The position numbers were made by a program, and so were the translations under genes. From NCBI GenBank assembly GCA_964605835.1, contig CAZSEH010000002.1, positions 19,773-83,772 on the forward strand: DNA of 64,000 nt, read 5' to 3'. Positions 10,260 to 22,548 of the stretch are shown piece by piece; positions within the stretch are counted from its first letter, which is position 1; every line of letters starts with the position of its first letter. Source of the stretch: an uncultured Opitutaceae bacterium. GTDB lineage: Bacteria; Verrucomicrobiota; Verrucomicrobiia; Opitutales; Opitutaceae. The notes under the pieces are model-generated. The model had not been told where the DNA came from, searched no databases, and saw nothing but the letters and a program-made list of their open reading frames with translations.

Positions 10260-11258
10260 TCAGGACGGAGGTGTGAAAAGGAATGGAAGACTGGCGGTCG
10301 CCCCGACCGGATGTCCGCCCTTCACCCGGGGCAGAAACCGCCACTGCCGGATCGCGGCCAATGCCGCATCCCCGAAGGCCGGGTTCGAGGCGTTTGCCAC
10401 CTTCGGATCTCTTACGATGCCGCGCTCGTCGACCCGGAACGAGACCTCGGCCCGACCCGTGAGTCTTGTTGTCCCCAGAGACACCGGGTAATCGGGCGGG
10501 GGTCCGAGCAGCGGTTTAAGGTCGGCATCCTGGACGGATGCAATTCGATTGCCCACCATTCGGTCCAGCGCAGCCTCGCGCTCGGAGGCGGGAATGCGCG
10601 AGTTCAGGACCTCCGTGCCACTGGCAAAGATATGAATGGTCAGCCGGGTCGCCCCGAGGGGGAATGGCATTCGGGAGGTGATCTCGATGTGCCTGTCCCT
10701 GTGCGCATCAAGGCGGCCGATGTCATGAAGATAGAGCATGTTGCCCTCCCGCTGCGTCTTCATGGCCAGAACGATGAAAACATTGTCGAGCGAATAGGGA
10801 GATTCAAAGTCAGCGCTGAATGTGAACTCATTGTTCATCCTCCCGCCGCTCCCCACGGTTCCGGTGACCGTCGGTTCCGGGCGCGCCGCCGCGCTGTTGG
10901 CGGCGGGCAGGTTCAGGCCGCTGCGGATGGTTCCGGGCGCGTGGTTCGGAAGTCCGCCCGAATGGCGCTTAAAAGTCAGGTTTCCCACAGCGACCATCAC
11001 CGGCAGGTATTCCGCGGTCGGCTGCAGCGCGTAGTTCTCGCCGAACGCCGCAGTCAACTTGCCGCCGTCCAAAACGTAGGGGGTCGTGCCATCGACCCGT
11101 CGCACAGGGGCAAGTTTGCCGTCGTGCTCGATGTAGAGGAGATTCTGAGCGGCCAGCCGCGAAACGGACATCGCCAAAACAAGGGCAATCCCAAGTGCGT
11201 GGGCCAGACGCGCACTCCCGCGGCTCCTGAATGACAAGGCCTTGGCTGGGGCGGCCAT
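10260..11258 (-). CDS. TonB C-terminal-domain protein with an uncharacterised ~250-aa N-terminal domain
   Basis: ORF 10260..11339. I prefer the ATG at 11258 (MAAPAKALSFRSRGSARLAHALGIALVLAMSVSRLAAQ, signal/anchor). C-terminus 'PPPDYPVSLGTTRLTGRAEVSFRVDERGIVRDPKVANASNPAFGDAALAAIRQWRFLP' is a TonB_C-type domain. Confidence 0.65.
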   Translation of the reverse strand: MAAPAKALSFRSRGSARLAHALGIALVLAMSVSRLAAQNLLYIEHDGKLAPVRRVDGTTPYVLDGGKLTAAFGENYALQPTAEYLPVMVAVGNLTFKRHSGGLPNHAPGTIRSGLNLPAANSAAARPEPTVTGTVGSGGRMNNEFTFSADFESPYSLDNVFIVLAMKTQREGNMLYLHDIGRLDAHRDRHIEITSRMPFPLGATRLTIHIFASGTEVLNSRIPASEREAALDRMVGNRIASVQDADLKPLLGPPPDYPVSLGTTRLTGRAEVSFRVDERGIVRDPKVANASNPAFGDAALAAIRQWRFLPRVKGGHPVGATASLPFLFTPPS

Positions 11259-11434
11259 AGATGATCCCAGCAAGGCAAAACGCCAACCTGAGGCGAGCGA
11301 AATGCGGCGGGATTCGATTGATGCGCGGGGTGTCGGCAAGGATGCTTATTCAGGTTTGGGGTCGCGACAATGGGCTTGCGGAGGGTTTCCCCGGCCGCAA
11401 CCCTCACGGGAATTTTGTGCCAGCCCGATCGTAA

Positions 11435-14400
11435 ATGCCCAAGCGTACCGACCTCCAATCCGTCCTCATCATAGGCGCAGGCCCCATTGTGATCGGCCAG
11501 GCCTGCGAATTCGATTACTCGGGCACGCAAGCCTGCAAGGCGCTCAAGGAGGAGGGGTATCGGGTGATCTTGGTGAACTCCAATCCGGCGACCATCATGA
11601 CGGATCCGGAGTTCGCTGATGTCACTTACATCGAACCGCTTACGGCTGAAATCCTGGAGAAGGTGATCGCGGCCGAACGACCTTCGGCCCTCCTGCCGAC
11701 CCTGGGCGGGCAGACGGCCCTGAACCTCTCGATGGAGCTGAACCGGCTGGGGGTCCTGGCCAAGTATGGGGTCGAGATGATCGGGGCCAAGCCAACGGCC
11801 ATTGCGAAGGGCGAGGACCGCGAGCTGTTCAAGCAGGCCATGATTCGCATCGGGCTCGATGTGCCGAAGTCGCGGATGGTGCACAAGCTGGACGAGGCCC
11901 GCGCGGCCTCGGACGAGATAGGCGTCTTTCCCCTGATCATCCGTCCTTCATTCACGCTCGGGGGCGCCGGCGGCGGAATCGCCTACAACCGGGAGGAGTA
12001 CGAGCGCATCGTTTCCAACGGGCTGGACATTTCACCGGTCCACGAGGTCCTGGTCGAGGAGTGCCTTCTCGGCTGGAAGGAGTTCGAAATGGAGGTGATG
12101 CGCGACCACAAGGACCAGTGCGTCGTCATCTGTTCGATCGAGAACTTCGACCCGATGGGAGTCCATACCGGTGACTCGATCACGGTGGCCCCGGCGATGA
12201 CCCTCACCGACAAGGAATTCCAGGCGATGCGCGACGCCTCATTCGCGGTCATCCGGGAGGTCGGCGTCGAGACCGGCGGATCGAACATCCAGTTCGCCGT
12301 CGAACCGGAAACCGGCCGCATGGTCGTGATCGAGATGAATCCGCGCGTTTCCCGCTCCTCGGCCCTGGCCTCGAAGGCGACGGGATTCCCGATCGCCAAG
12401 ATCGCGGCGAAGCTTGCCGTGGGCTACACGCTGGACGAGTTGCGAAACGACATCACGCGGCTCACCCCCGCGAGCTTTGAGCCGACGATCGACTATGTTG
12501 TCACGAAGGTTCCGCGATTCACCTTCGAGAAGTTTCCCGACGCCGACGCGACGCTCACTTCCTCCATGAAATCGGTCGGGGAGGCGATGGCGATCGGCCG
12601 GACGTTCAAGGAATCGATCCAGAAGGCCCTGCGCTCCCTCGAGATCGGCGCCCGCGGATTCGGCGGCGGCGGCCGCCTCGGCAGCGACGAGCGCCCCGAC
12701 GATGCCACCATCAAGACAAAACTTGGGACGGCCTGCGGCGATCGCATCTTCTACATACGCCACGCTTTTCGGGCGGGCTATTCGGTCGAACAGGTTTACG
12801 ATCTGACGCGGATCGATCGCTGGTTCCTTCACCAGCTGCGGGAGATCTACGATATGGAGGAGAGCCTCCGGGGCGGGACGCTCGACTCCATCGACGCCGA
12901 CCATCTCCGGAGGGCCAAGGAGTTCGGATTCTCCGACGTCCAGCTGGCGCATATTCTCGGCAGCGAGCCGCGGGCCGTGCGGGCCGCCCGGATCGCGAAG
13001 GGCATCCGGACCGTGTACCGGCTCGTCGACACCTGCGCCGCGGAATTCGAGGCCTTCACGCCGTATTACTACTCGAGCTACGGGGACGAGAACGAGATCC
13101 TGCCCCCGGGCGGCAGGAAGAAGATCATGATTCTCGGCGGGGGGCCGAACCGGATAGGGCAGGGGATCGAGTTCGACTACTGCTGCGTGCACGCGAGCTT
13201 TGCCCTGAGGGAGGCCGGATTCGAGACCGTGATGGTGAACTCAAACCCGGAGACCGTTTCGACCGACTACGACACGAGCGACCGGCTCTATTTCGAGCCC
13301 CTGACGCTCGAGGACGTCCTCGAGATCTACAACCAGGAGGGATGCTTCGGGGCCATCGTCCAGTTCGGGGGCCAGACCCCCCTCAATCTCGCCTCCGCCC
13401 TGAAGGCGAACGGCGTGAACATCATCGGCACCTCCCCGGAAAGCATCGATATCGCCGAGGACCGGAAGCTGTTTTCCGCAGTCTTGAGCAAGCTCGGCCT
13501 CCGGCAGCCGGCCAACCGGACGGCGCTCAGCGAGGGCGAGGCGGCCGCGTTTGCGCTGGAAGTCGGCTATCCGGTGCTTCTCCGGCCGTCCTTTGTCCTG
13601 GGCGGACGCGGCATGTTCATCGTCTACAGCGCCGAGGAGTTGAAGGGCGTCGTCCGCCAGGTGTTCGACGTCATGCCGGGCAAGCCCGTCCTCATCGACC
13701 AGTTCCTCGAGGATGCGATCGAGCTGGATGTCGACTGCCTGAGCGACGGCGAAACGAGCGTCATCGGCGGGATGCTCCAGCACATCGAATTCGCGGGGGT
13801 CCACTCGGGCGACGCCTCGATGGTGATGCCCCCCCACACGCTCGACAGCGCCATGCTCGACAAGGTGCGGACGGCAACGCGCGCCCTCGCCCGCGAACTC
13901 AACGTCATCGGGCTCATGAACGTGCAGTTCGCCATAAAGGGGGAGGATCTGTACATCCTGGAGGTGAACCCTCGCGCGTCCCGCACGGTGCCCTTTGTGG
14001 CGAAGGCGATAGGCGTTCCCCTGGCGAAACTCGCGGCGAAGGTGATGGCGGGCTTCAAGCTTGCGGATTTGGGCTTTGTCCGGGAGGTGACGCCGAAGCA
14101 CTGGTGCGTGAAGGAGGCGGTGTTCCCCTTCGCGCGTTTCCCGGGCGCCACGATCGCGCTCGGGCCCGAGATGCGCTCGACGGGCGAGGTGATGGGGCTC
14201 GACGACGATCTCGGCCTGGCCTTTGCCAAGGCGCAGGCCGCCGCAAGGCCGGGCCTGCCGACCCGGGGCAATGTCTTCCTGAGCGTCAAGGACGCGGACA
14301 AGGCCGCCGCCGTCGAAATAGCCCGCGACCTGGAAAGCTTCGGGTTCGCGCTCTACTCGACGAGCGGCACGGCGAAGTATCTCACCGACAACGGAGTCCA

Positions 14401-14686
14401 GGCAAAGCGGCTGGCCAAACTGAGCGAGGGGCGGCCCAACGCCGTTGACATGATCAAGAACGGGCAGATCGCCATGGTCATCAACACCCCGAGCGGGATG
14501 ATCCCCCGCCGCGATGAGAATGCCATCCGTTCTGCCGCCTACGCCCACAATATCTGCATAATGACGACGATCACCGGGGCCGAGGCGGCCGTGGAGGGGA
14601 TCCGCGCCCTGCGGGAAAAGCCGCTCGGCGTGCGCCCGATTCAGCAGTACCGCGGCAATGTCGTCCCCGTTTCATCGGATGCCTGA
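11435..14686 (+). CDS. carB: Carbamoyl-phosphate synthase large subunit
   Basis: 1083 aa. N-terminus '[33 protein letters not shown]'. Duplicated ATP-grasp halves (second '[25 protein letters not shown]'). MGS-like C-terminal domain. No carA adjacent. Confidence 0.97.
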   Translation: MPKRTDLQSVLIIGAGPIVIGQACEFDYSGTQACKALKEEGYRVILVNSNPATIMTDPEFADVTYIEPLTAEILEKVIAAERPSALLPTLGGQTALNLSMELNRLGVLAKYGVEMIGAKPTAIAKGEDRELFKQAMIRIGLDVPKSRMVHKLDEARAASDEIGVFPLIIRPSFTLGGAGGGIAYNREEYERIVSNGLDISPVHEVLVEECLLGWKEFEMEVMRDHKDQCVVICSIENFDPMGVHTGDSITVAPAMTLTDKEFQAMRDASFAVIREVGVETGGSNIQFAVEPETGRMVVIEMNPRVSRSSALASKATGFPIAKIAAKLAVGYTLDELRNDITRLTPASFEPTIDYVVTKVPRFTFEKFPDADATLTSSMKSVGEAMAIGRTFKESIQKALRSLEIGARGFGGGGRLGSDERPDDATIKTKLGTACGDRIFYIRHAFRAGYSVEQVYDLTRIDRWFLHQLREIYDMEESLRGGTLDSIDADHLRRAKEFGFSDVQLAHILGSEPRAVRAARIAKGIRTVYRLVDTCAAEFEAFTPYYYSSYGDENEILPPGGRKKIMILGGGPNRIGQGIEFDYCCVHASFALREAGFETVMVNSNPETVSTDYDTSDRLYFEPLTLEDVLEIYNQEGCFGAIVQFGGQTPLNLASALKANGVNIIGTSPESIDIAEDRKLFSAVLSKLGLRQPANRTALSEGEAAAFALEVGYPVLLRPSFVLGGRGMFIVYSAEELKGVVRQVFDVMPGKPVLIDQFLEDAIELDVDCLSDGETSVIGGMLQHIEFAGVHSGDASMVMPPHTLDSAMLDKVRTATRALARELNVIGLMNVQFAIKGEDLYILEVNPRASRTVPFVAKAIGVPLAKLAAKVMAGFKLADLGFVREVTPKHWCVKEAVFPFARFPGATIALGPEMRSTGEVMGLDDDLGLAFAKAQAAARPGLPTRGNVFLSVKDADKAAAVEIARDLESFGFALYSTSGTAKYLTDNGVQAKRLAKLSEGRPNAVDMIKNGQIAMVINTPSGMIPRRDENAIRSAAYAHNICIMTTITGAEAAVEGIRALREKPLGVRPIQQYRGNVVPVSSDA

Positions 14687-15554
14687 GCCCGCCACGCTGA
14701 TTGCGCTTCTGTCCGGACCCGACCAGCCCGGATTGGTCGCCCGCGTGGCCGGCTGGATCTTCGAGAGGGGCGGGAACATCCTGCATGCCGACCAGCACCG
14801 GGACATGGAGGCTGGCGTGTTCTTCCAGCGCGTCGAGTGGGAGCCGGATCCCTCGGTCCCCCCCTCCGCGGCGCTAGCATCCGAGGCCGCCGCCTTCCGC
14901 CAGTTCGCCGCCTCCCTCGGCATGACGGCGCGGGTGACCTCCTCAGCCTGCCGCCCCAGGGTCGCGATGTTCGTGTCGCATGCGGACCATTGCTTCCACG
15001 ACCTTGCGCTTCGCTGGAGGGCCGGCGAATTCGGGGCCGATCTTGTCGCCATCGTTTCGAACCATGCCGACATCGCGCCTGCGGCGGCCGTCTACGGGCT
15101 GGCGTACCATCATATTGCGGTGGAGCCGGGGGACGCAGGAAAGCCTGCCGCCGAGGCGCGGCAGCTCGAGTTGTTGCGCTCGCTCGACGTCGAGCTCGTC
15201 ATTCTCGCCCGCTACATGCAGGTGCTCTCGGCCGGGTTCCTCTCCTCCTTCGGCCGGCCGGTCATCAACATCCACCATTCGTTCCTGCCGGCCTTCGCCG
15301 GCGGCCGCCCCTACAACCAGGCGCACGAGCGGGGTGTGAAGCTCATAGGGGCGACCGCCCATTACGCGACGGCCGAGCTCGACGACGGTCCGATAATCCA
15401 GCAGGACGTCGTCCGGGTGACGCACCGCCACAGCGTCGCCGACCTGGTCCGAAAGGGCCGCGACCTCGAGAAATCGGTCCTCGCCCAGGCGGTTCGCTGG
15501 CACCTGCAAAGCCGTGTCCTCGTCTACGGGCGCAAGACGGTCGTTTTCGACTGA
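14679..15554 (+). CDS. purU: Formyltetrahydrofolate deformylase
   Basis: ORF 14658..15554. The ATG at 14679 overlaps the carB stop by 8 nt. ACT domain '[34 protein letters not shown]'. Formyltransferase core '[17 protein letters not shown]'. Confidence 0.9.
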   Translation: MPEPATLIALLSGPDQPGLVARVAGWIFERGGNILHADQHRDMEAGVFFQRVEWEPDPSVPPSAALASEAAAFRQFAASLGMTARVTSSACRPRVAMFVSHADHCFHDLALRWRAGEFGADLVAIVSNHADIAPAAAVYGLAYHHIAVEPGDAGKPAAEARQLELLRSLDVELVILARYMQVLSAGFLSSFGRPVINIHHSFLPAFAGGRPYNQAHERGVKLIGATAHYATAELDDGPIIQQDVVRVTHRHSVADLVRKGRDLEKSVLAQAVRWHLQSRVLVYGRKTVVFD

Positions 15555-15636
15555 GGCTTCCGGCTCAGATTCGCTGTTTACACGATCGCGGGGACTTGCT
15601 TTGCTGGCTCTTTTCCCAACGCGAAAACCTCGTTTC

Positions 15637-16377
15637 ATGCCAACCCCTCCCTCTCCAACGAATCCGAAGCTCCCCGCCGCGCCCTCGCAGCAACCAGGAG
15701 CCGAGAATGCCGCGCATTCGCCGATTGACGAGCAGCTCCACGGCTTTTGGAAGAAAAACGGCCAGGCCCTCATCGTTCTTTGCGGACTCGTGCTGCTGTT
15801 CTACATCGGCAGGGCCGGGTGGGACTACTTCGCGACGCAGAAGGAGGAGGGGACCAGGAAGGAATTCGCGGAGGCGACGACGCCCGAAAAGCTCCAGGCC
15901 TTTGCCGTTGCCCACCCGGACCACGTCCTCGGCGGCGTCGCGCAGCTGATGGTCGCCGACGCCGATTCCAAGGCCGGCCGCATGACCGCCGCCATCAGCG
16001 ACTACAACCGGGCAAGCGACCTGCTCAAGACCGGGCCGCTGGCGGCCCGAGCCCGGATGGGCCTTGCCATGGCGAAGATCCAGTCGGGCGACAGGACCGG
16101 GGGGGAGGCCTCCCTTCACCAATTGGCCGACGACGCGCGCCAATACCAGGCAATCCGGGCCGAGGCGCTCTACCAGCTGGCGAGCCTCGCCGCCTCGGCG
16201 AATCGCGGGGACGAAGTGCAGCGCCTGGCCGCGCAATTGCTTCAGATCGATCCGAACAGCCCGTGGGCGCAGCAAGCCTTTGCGCTGGAGGCCGAGGTGC
16301 CTCCCCCGGCGGTGCGCACGGCCCCTCCCGCCCTGCTCGCAAGGCCCCCGGTTACGGTCAAGCCCGCCGGCCCCTGA
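15637..16377 (+). CDS. Membrane-anchored TPR-like protein (YfgM-like architecture)
   Basis: ORF 15514..16377. ATG at 15637. Pro-rich N-terminus, one TM (ALIVLCGLVLLFYIGRAGW), then a helical-repeat region rich in A/L/Q. No specific motif recognised. Confidence 0.55.
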   Translation: MPTPPSPTNPKLPAAPSQQPGAENAAHSPIDEQLHGFWKKNGQALIVLCGLVLLFYIGRAGWDYFATQKEEGTRKEFAEATTPEKLQAFAVAHPDHVLGGVAQLMVADADSKAGRMTAAISDYNRASDLLKTGPLAARARMGLAMAKIQSGDRTGGEASLHQLADDARQYQAIRAEALYQLASLAASANRGDEVQRLAAQLLQIDPNSPWAQQAFALEAEVPPPAVRTAPPALLARPPVTVKPAGP

Positions 16378-16448
16378 CGGCGAGCCTGGATGCAGGCTAG
16401 TTTCGTCCCGTTGACACGGCCCTCGGGAATTGAGTAGCGTCGACGCGA

Positions 16449-17429
16449 ATGAAAGCCCCGGCCTACGCGTTGGAGTTCGAGGAACCGTTGCGCGAGCTGG
16501 CCAGGCAGTTGGATCAGCTGCGCCAGCGTTCGCTCGAGACAAACGAGGATCTTTCCCGGGAAATCGAGCCGATTGAGAAGGGGATCGAGACGCTCCGGGC
16601 GGAGATCTATTCCAACCTGACGGCGTGGCAGCGCGTGCAGATAGCCCGGCACCCCGCGCGGCCGTACGCCCTCGATTTCATCGGGATGATCCTAGAGGGT
16701 TTTCAGGAACTGCACGGGGACCGCCAGTTCAGCGACGACCGGGCGATGATAGGGGGGACCGCCCTTCTCGACGGACGCCCAGTCATGGTGATCGGCCAGC
16801 AGAAGGGCCGCGACACCAAGGACAAGATCAGCCGCAATTTCGGGATGCCGCATCCGGAAGGCTACCGAAAGGCCCTCCGGCTGATGAAAATGGCCGAGAA
16901 ATTCAGGCTTCCGGTGATCACGCTCATCGACACGCCGGGAGCTTTTCCGGGAATCGGCTCCGAGGAACGCCATGTGGCGGAGGCGATCGCCGTCAACCTG
17001 AGGGAGATGGCTCTTCTGGGGGTGCCCACCATTTCGGTCGTCCTGGGCGAGGGCGGATCCGGAGGGGCGCTCGGGATCGGCGTCACCGACCGGGTGCTGA
17101 TGTTCGAGAACAGCTATTACTCGGTCATATCCCCGGAGGGATGCGCCGCGATACTCTGGAAGGACGGCTCGGCGGCGCCGAAGGCGGCGGAGGCCCTGAA
17201 GCTTGGCGCCGCCAAGCTGCTGGAACTCGGCGTTGTCGACGAGGTGATTGCCGAGCCGCTCGGGGGCGCGCACCACGATCCGGCCGCATCGGCCGCCGCC
17301 CTCAGGAAATGCCTGCACCGGCACATGGCCGAATTGGCGAAGAAATCCGTCCCGGATTTGCTGGAGGGCCGCTACAATCGATACCGCCACCTCGGCGTCT
17401 ACGAGGAAGCCGGCGAAACGAAAAGCTGA
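16449..17429 (+). CDS. accA: Acetyl-CoA carboxylase carboxyltransferase subunit alpha
   Basis: 326 aa. 'WQRVQIARHPARPY', 'GMPHPEGYRKALRLMKMAEKFRLPVITLIDTPGAFPGIGSEERHVAEAIA'. Confidence 0.95.
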   Translation: MKAPAYALEFEEPLRELARQLDQLRQRSLETNEDLSREIEPIEKGIETLRAEIYSNLTAWQRVQIARHPARPYALDFIGMILEGFQELHGDRQFSDDRAMIGGTALLDGRPVMVIGQQKGRDTKDKISRNFGMPHPEGYRKALRLMKMAEKFRLPVITLIDTPGAFPGIGSEERHVAEAIAVNLREMALLGVPTISVVLGEGGSGGALGIGVTDRVLMFENSYYSVISPEGCAAILWKDGSAAPKAAEALKLGAAKLLELGVVDEVIAEPLGGAHHDPAASAAALRKCLHRHMAELAKKSVPDLLEGRYNRYRHLGVYEEAGETKS

Positions 17430-17447
17430 CTTTTCCCTGTGGGAGGG

Positions 17448-19855
<2,408 letters not shown>

Positions 19856-19902
19856 TTAAAATGCGGTTGTCCGACGCGCAAGCCTTTGTAGAGGATCCCT
19901 CC

Positions 19903-20091
19903 CTATTTGAGGAGCGCCCATATGGCCCACGCGAGTCCGCCCACGACGACCACGACAAGGATGAGCCACAGTGTCCATTCCAGAAGCTTGGCCACGATCC
20001 AGACGAGCAGGGCCGCCACGAGGGTCGCCACGGCGATGACAAGCCAGCGGGGATAGGACGACACCGAATCGATCAGCGTCTGCGATGTCAT
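19903..20091 (-). CDS. Small two-TM membrane protein (62 aa), hypothetical
   Basis: C-terminal part of ORF 19903..20457 from the ATG at 20091: MTSQTLIDSVSSYPRWLVIAVATLVAALLVWIVAKLLEWTLWLILVVVVVGGLAWAIWALLK. Codon third positions are mostly G/C, as in neighbouring real genes. Lies 56 nt upstream of pyrG. Confidence 0.45.
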   Translation of the reverse strand: MTSQTLIDSVSSYPRWLVIAVATLVAALLVWIVAKLLEWTLWLILVVVVVGGLAWAIWALLK

Positions 20092-20176
20092 GCCGGTACA
20101 CGAAACGATATGGCCGCCGGTTGCAAGAACCGGGAAATGAGTTGCCCCGGCGCCTGACGCCGGGCAACTCCAGAGT

Positions 20177-20560
20177 GTGCAATCCAAGCCGCAACTCCTC
20201 GCCTGGCTGACGTGCGACGGAGCCCACATAGACCCCAGCTCGGGAAAATACACGATCCTGGGGGTCTTTTCGAACATCAAGGCGCACCACTTCCCGATAA
20301 CCCATCCGCTGATGGTGTGGTTTCTCACGCTGACTGATGTCGCCCCGGGCCAGCACAAGATGAAGATCTCGATGGGAATGAGCCACTCCGAGATGCAGCC
20401 CCTGATCGAGCGGCCCTTCGAGTCGCAGAGCCCCCTGCACCGGATCAACCTGATCAACGAGATCCGAAACCTGGGTTTTCCCGGGCCGGGGGACTATTCG
20501 CTCCTGATCGAGGTCGACGACGAGCCGCTGCTGGCGACAAGCCTCACCGTAAGCCAATAA
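20177..20560 (+). CDS. Conserved hypothetical small beta-rich protein (resembles DUF6941-type proteins as I remember them)
   Basis: 127 aa, GTG start. Balanced, non-repetitive composition (MQSKPQLLAWLTCDGAHIDPSSGKYTILGVFSNIKAHHFP...). 4-nt gap to the next gene. Confidence 0.55.
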   Translation: MQSKPQLLAWLTCDGAHIDPSSGKYTILGVFSNIKAHHFPITHPLMVWFLTLTDVAPGQHKMKISMGMSHSEMQPLIERPFESQSPLHRINLINEIRNLGFPGPGDYSLLIEVDDEPLLATSLTVSQ

Positions 20561-20564
20561 TCCC

Positions 20565-21494
20565 ATGCCATCCCCCCATCCCCGGGCCGCCAGGCCGGCC
20601 CTGATCATTGGTTCGGTCGCGATAGACCGGATTGCGACATCCGTCGCGCAAAGCGGCGACATCCTCGGCGGGGCGGCGACCTATGCCTCGATCGCGGCGA
20701 GCTATTTCGCGCCGGCGCGGCTGGTGGGCGTCGTCGGGGCGGATTTCCCGAAGCGCTTCATGCAAAGGCTGCGCCGGCACGGGGTCGACCTGGGCGGCCT
20801 CCAGGTGGATCCGGCCGGGAAGACCTTCTTCTGGTCGGGCCGCTACGGGGAGAATTTCGACCGCTGCGACAACCTGGTGACCGACCTCAATGTCTTCGAG
20901 AAGTTCTCGCCCGTCATCCCGAAAGAGTATGCGGACAGCCGATACGTGATGCTGGGCGCGATCACCCCGGCCCTCCAGCACCAGGTCATGGACCAGGTGG
21001 CGCGTGGGGCGTTCGTCCTGGCCGACACGCGCGGCCTTTGGATAGCGGTCGCCCGCCCCGACCTGGAGCGGCTGCTTCCGCGGGTCGATCTTTTCGTCCT
21101 CAACGAGGACGAGGCGGGCGAACTGAGCGGGGAGAAGAACCTGATCGTCGCGGGCCGGTACATCCGCAGGATGGGCCCGAGGATCGTGATCGTGAAGAAG
21201 GGGTCCCACGGCTCGCTCCTTTTCCACCCGGACGGCTTCTTTGCGCTGCCGGCCTATCCGGTCTCCCGCCTGGTCGACCCAACGGGGGCGGGCGACAGTT
21301 ACGCGGGCGCCCTGATCGGGTACCTGGCCTCGGTGAACCGGACGGACTTTGCGGCCCTGCGCAAGGCGATCGCCTACGCGACCGCCTGCGCGAGCCTCAC
21401 GGTCGAGAGCTTCGGCGTCAACCGGCTGTCGATGGCGGGCCGGGGCACGATCGACCTCCGCTACCGGGAGCTGGTGAAGATGACTCGGATTTAG
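20565..21494 (+). CDS. PfkB-family carbohydrate/nucleoside kinase
   Basis: 309 aa. 'GGAATYASIAAS' (GG motif region) and 'DPTGAGDSYAGALIGYL' (DTxGAGD-type anion hole). Confidence 0.85.
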   Translation: MPSPHPRAARPALIIGSVAIDRIATSVAQSGDILGGAATYASIAASYFAPARLVGVVGADFPKRFMQRLRRHGVDLGGLQVDPAGKTFFWSGRYGENFDRCDNLVTDLNVFEKFSPVIPKEYADSRYVMLGAITPALQHQVMDQVARGAFVLADTRGLWIAVARPDLERLLPRVDLFVLNEDEAGELSGEKNLIVAGRYIRRMGPRIVIVKKGSHGSLLFHPDGFFALPAYPVSRLVDPTGAGDSYAGALIGYLASVNRTDFAALRKAIAYATACASLTVESFGVNRLSMAGRGTIDLRYRELVKMTRI

Positions 21495-21554
21495 GTCGGC
21501 AAACTGACCCACCACGAGCCCGGGATCGCACTCGAAAATAATCGCGAAAAAGTG

Positions 21555-21587
21555 TTGACAGAGTACTCTGTATGGTAGAGTACTCTG
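21555..21587 (+). promoter_or_regulatory. Candidate promoter (TTGACA at 21555-21560) overlapped by two identical palindromic operators AGAGTACTCT
   Basis: gtgTTGACAGAGTACTCTGtatggtAGAGTACTCTGcgtATG. Palindromes at 21560-21569 (12-nt CAGAGTACTCTG at 21559-21570) and 21577-21586. The second ends 4 nt before the ATG at 21591. No Shine-Dalgarno is visible. Confidence 0.5.
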
Positions 21588-21590
21588 CGT

Positions 21591-22160
21591 ATGGACACAA
21601 TTTCAGCCGAGGAGGCCGGCAGAGCCCTCCAGCAAATCGAATCGTCGCGGCGGGCGATGCGCGACGCCATCCGGGCCAATCGAGGTCACCTGCACCTGTG
21701 GATGTGGGGCCTCATCTGGATCGCAATGGCGGTCATCATGCAAAACGGCGGAAAGTTCGGCGAACCTCTGCTGAACTGGCTGGGCATCGGTGGCGTGATA
21801 GCCTCTATTGGGATTGGTTTTCTGCAGGGTCAGCGTGTCAGGGGCCGGATGGACGGGCGATTCCTGGGGGCTGTGGTCTCGCTGCTGGTGTTCGGGTACG
21901 CGATCTGGCCGATGCTTCTCGGGGTGCATGGCAACCACCCCAAGGCGCTGCTGGCCTATTCCGCGCTCGTCATCATGCAGATCTACATCCTGGCGGGGCT
22001 GTGGTTTGACATCTGCCTGCTTTGGACCGGCATCCTTGTCACCGTCTTTCTCCTCGCCGGCCTGTGGTTCTTTGCCCCGATATTTTATTTGTGGTTCGCG
22101 ATCTTCGGCGGAGGAACGCTCATCGGGACGGGGTTCTACCTTCGGTACGTCCTTCGCTGA
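21591..22160 (+). CDS. Integral membrane protein (about 5 TM), hypothetical; first gene of the regulator/ABC operon
   Basis: 189 aa. Cytoplasmic N-terminal helix, then hydrophobic segments (HLHLWMWGLIWIAMAVIM..., GILVTVFLLAGLWFFAPIFYLWFAIFGGG). Confidence 0.65.
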   Translation: MDTISAEEAGRALQQIESSRRAMRDAIRANRGHLHLWMWGLIWIAMAVIMQNGGKFGEPLLNWLGIGGVIASIGIGFLQGQRVRGRMDGRFLGAVVSLLVFGYAIWPMLLGVHGNHPKALLAYSALVIMQIYILAGLWFDICLLWTGILVTVFLLAGLWFFAPIFYLWFAIFGGGTLIGTGFYLRYVLR

Positions 22161-22169
22161 AAGGCCCCC

Positions 22170-22466
22170 ATGGACAGCCTCGACGCAATCATTCACCAGC
22201 CGGCCCGGCTGCAGATCATGGCCGCCCTCTGCCAGTTGAGGGCGACCGACAAGGTGGATTTCGCCTTTCTCAAGAGCCGCCTCGGATTGACCGACGGAAA
22301 CCTTGGCGCACATCTGGCGACCCTGGAGGAGAAGGGCTACATCGCCCTGGACAAGACCTTTGTCGCCAGGCGGCCCAGGACGTTTGTCTCGGCCACGGCG
22401 GCCGGCCGCCGCGCCTTCGCATCCCATGTGGCCGCGCTGCAGGCGATCATCGAGCGACCGGCCTGA
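22170..22466 (+). CDS. Winged-helix (ArsR/MarR-like) transcriptional regulator
   Basis: 98 aa. 'IHQPARLQIMAALCQL...FAFLKSRLGLTDGNLGAHLATLEEKGYIALDKTFVARRPRT' is an HTH plus wing layout. Confidence 0.75.
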   Translation: MDSLDAIIHQPARLQIMAALCQLRATDKVDFAFLKSRLGLTDGNLGAHLATLEEKGYIALDKTFVARRPRTFVSATAAGRRAFASHVAALQAIIERPA

Positions 22467-22548
22467 GCAACCGCGGGAGCATTGCCTTGAATATCTGCAA
22501 CCTTCCATTCCGGCGCCGGGTTTTTGCCGCGGCGCCCCAACCCATCCC

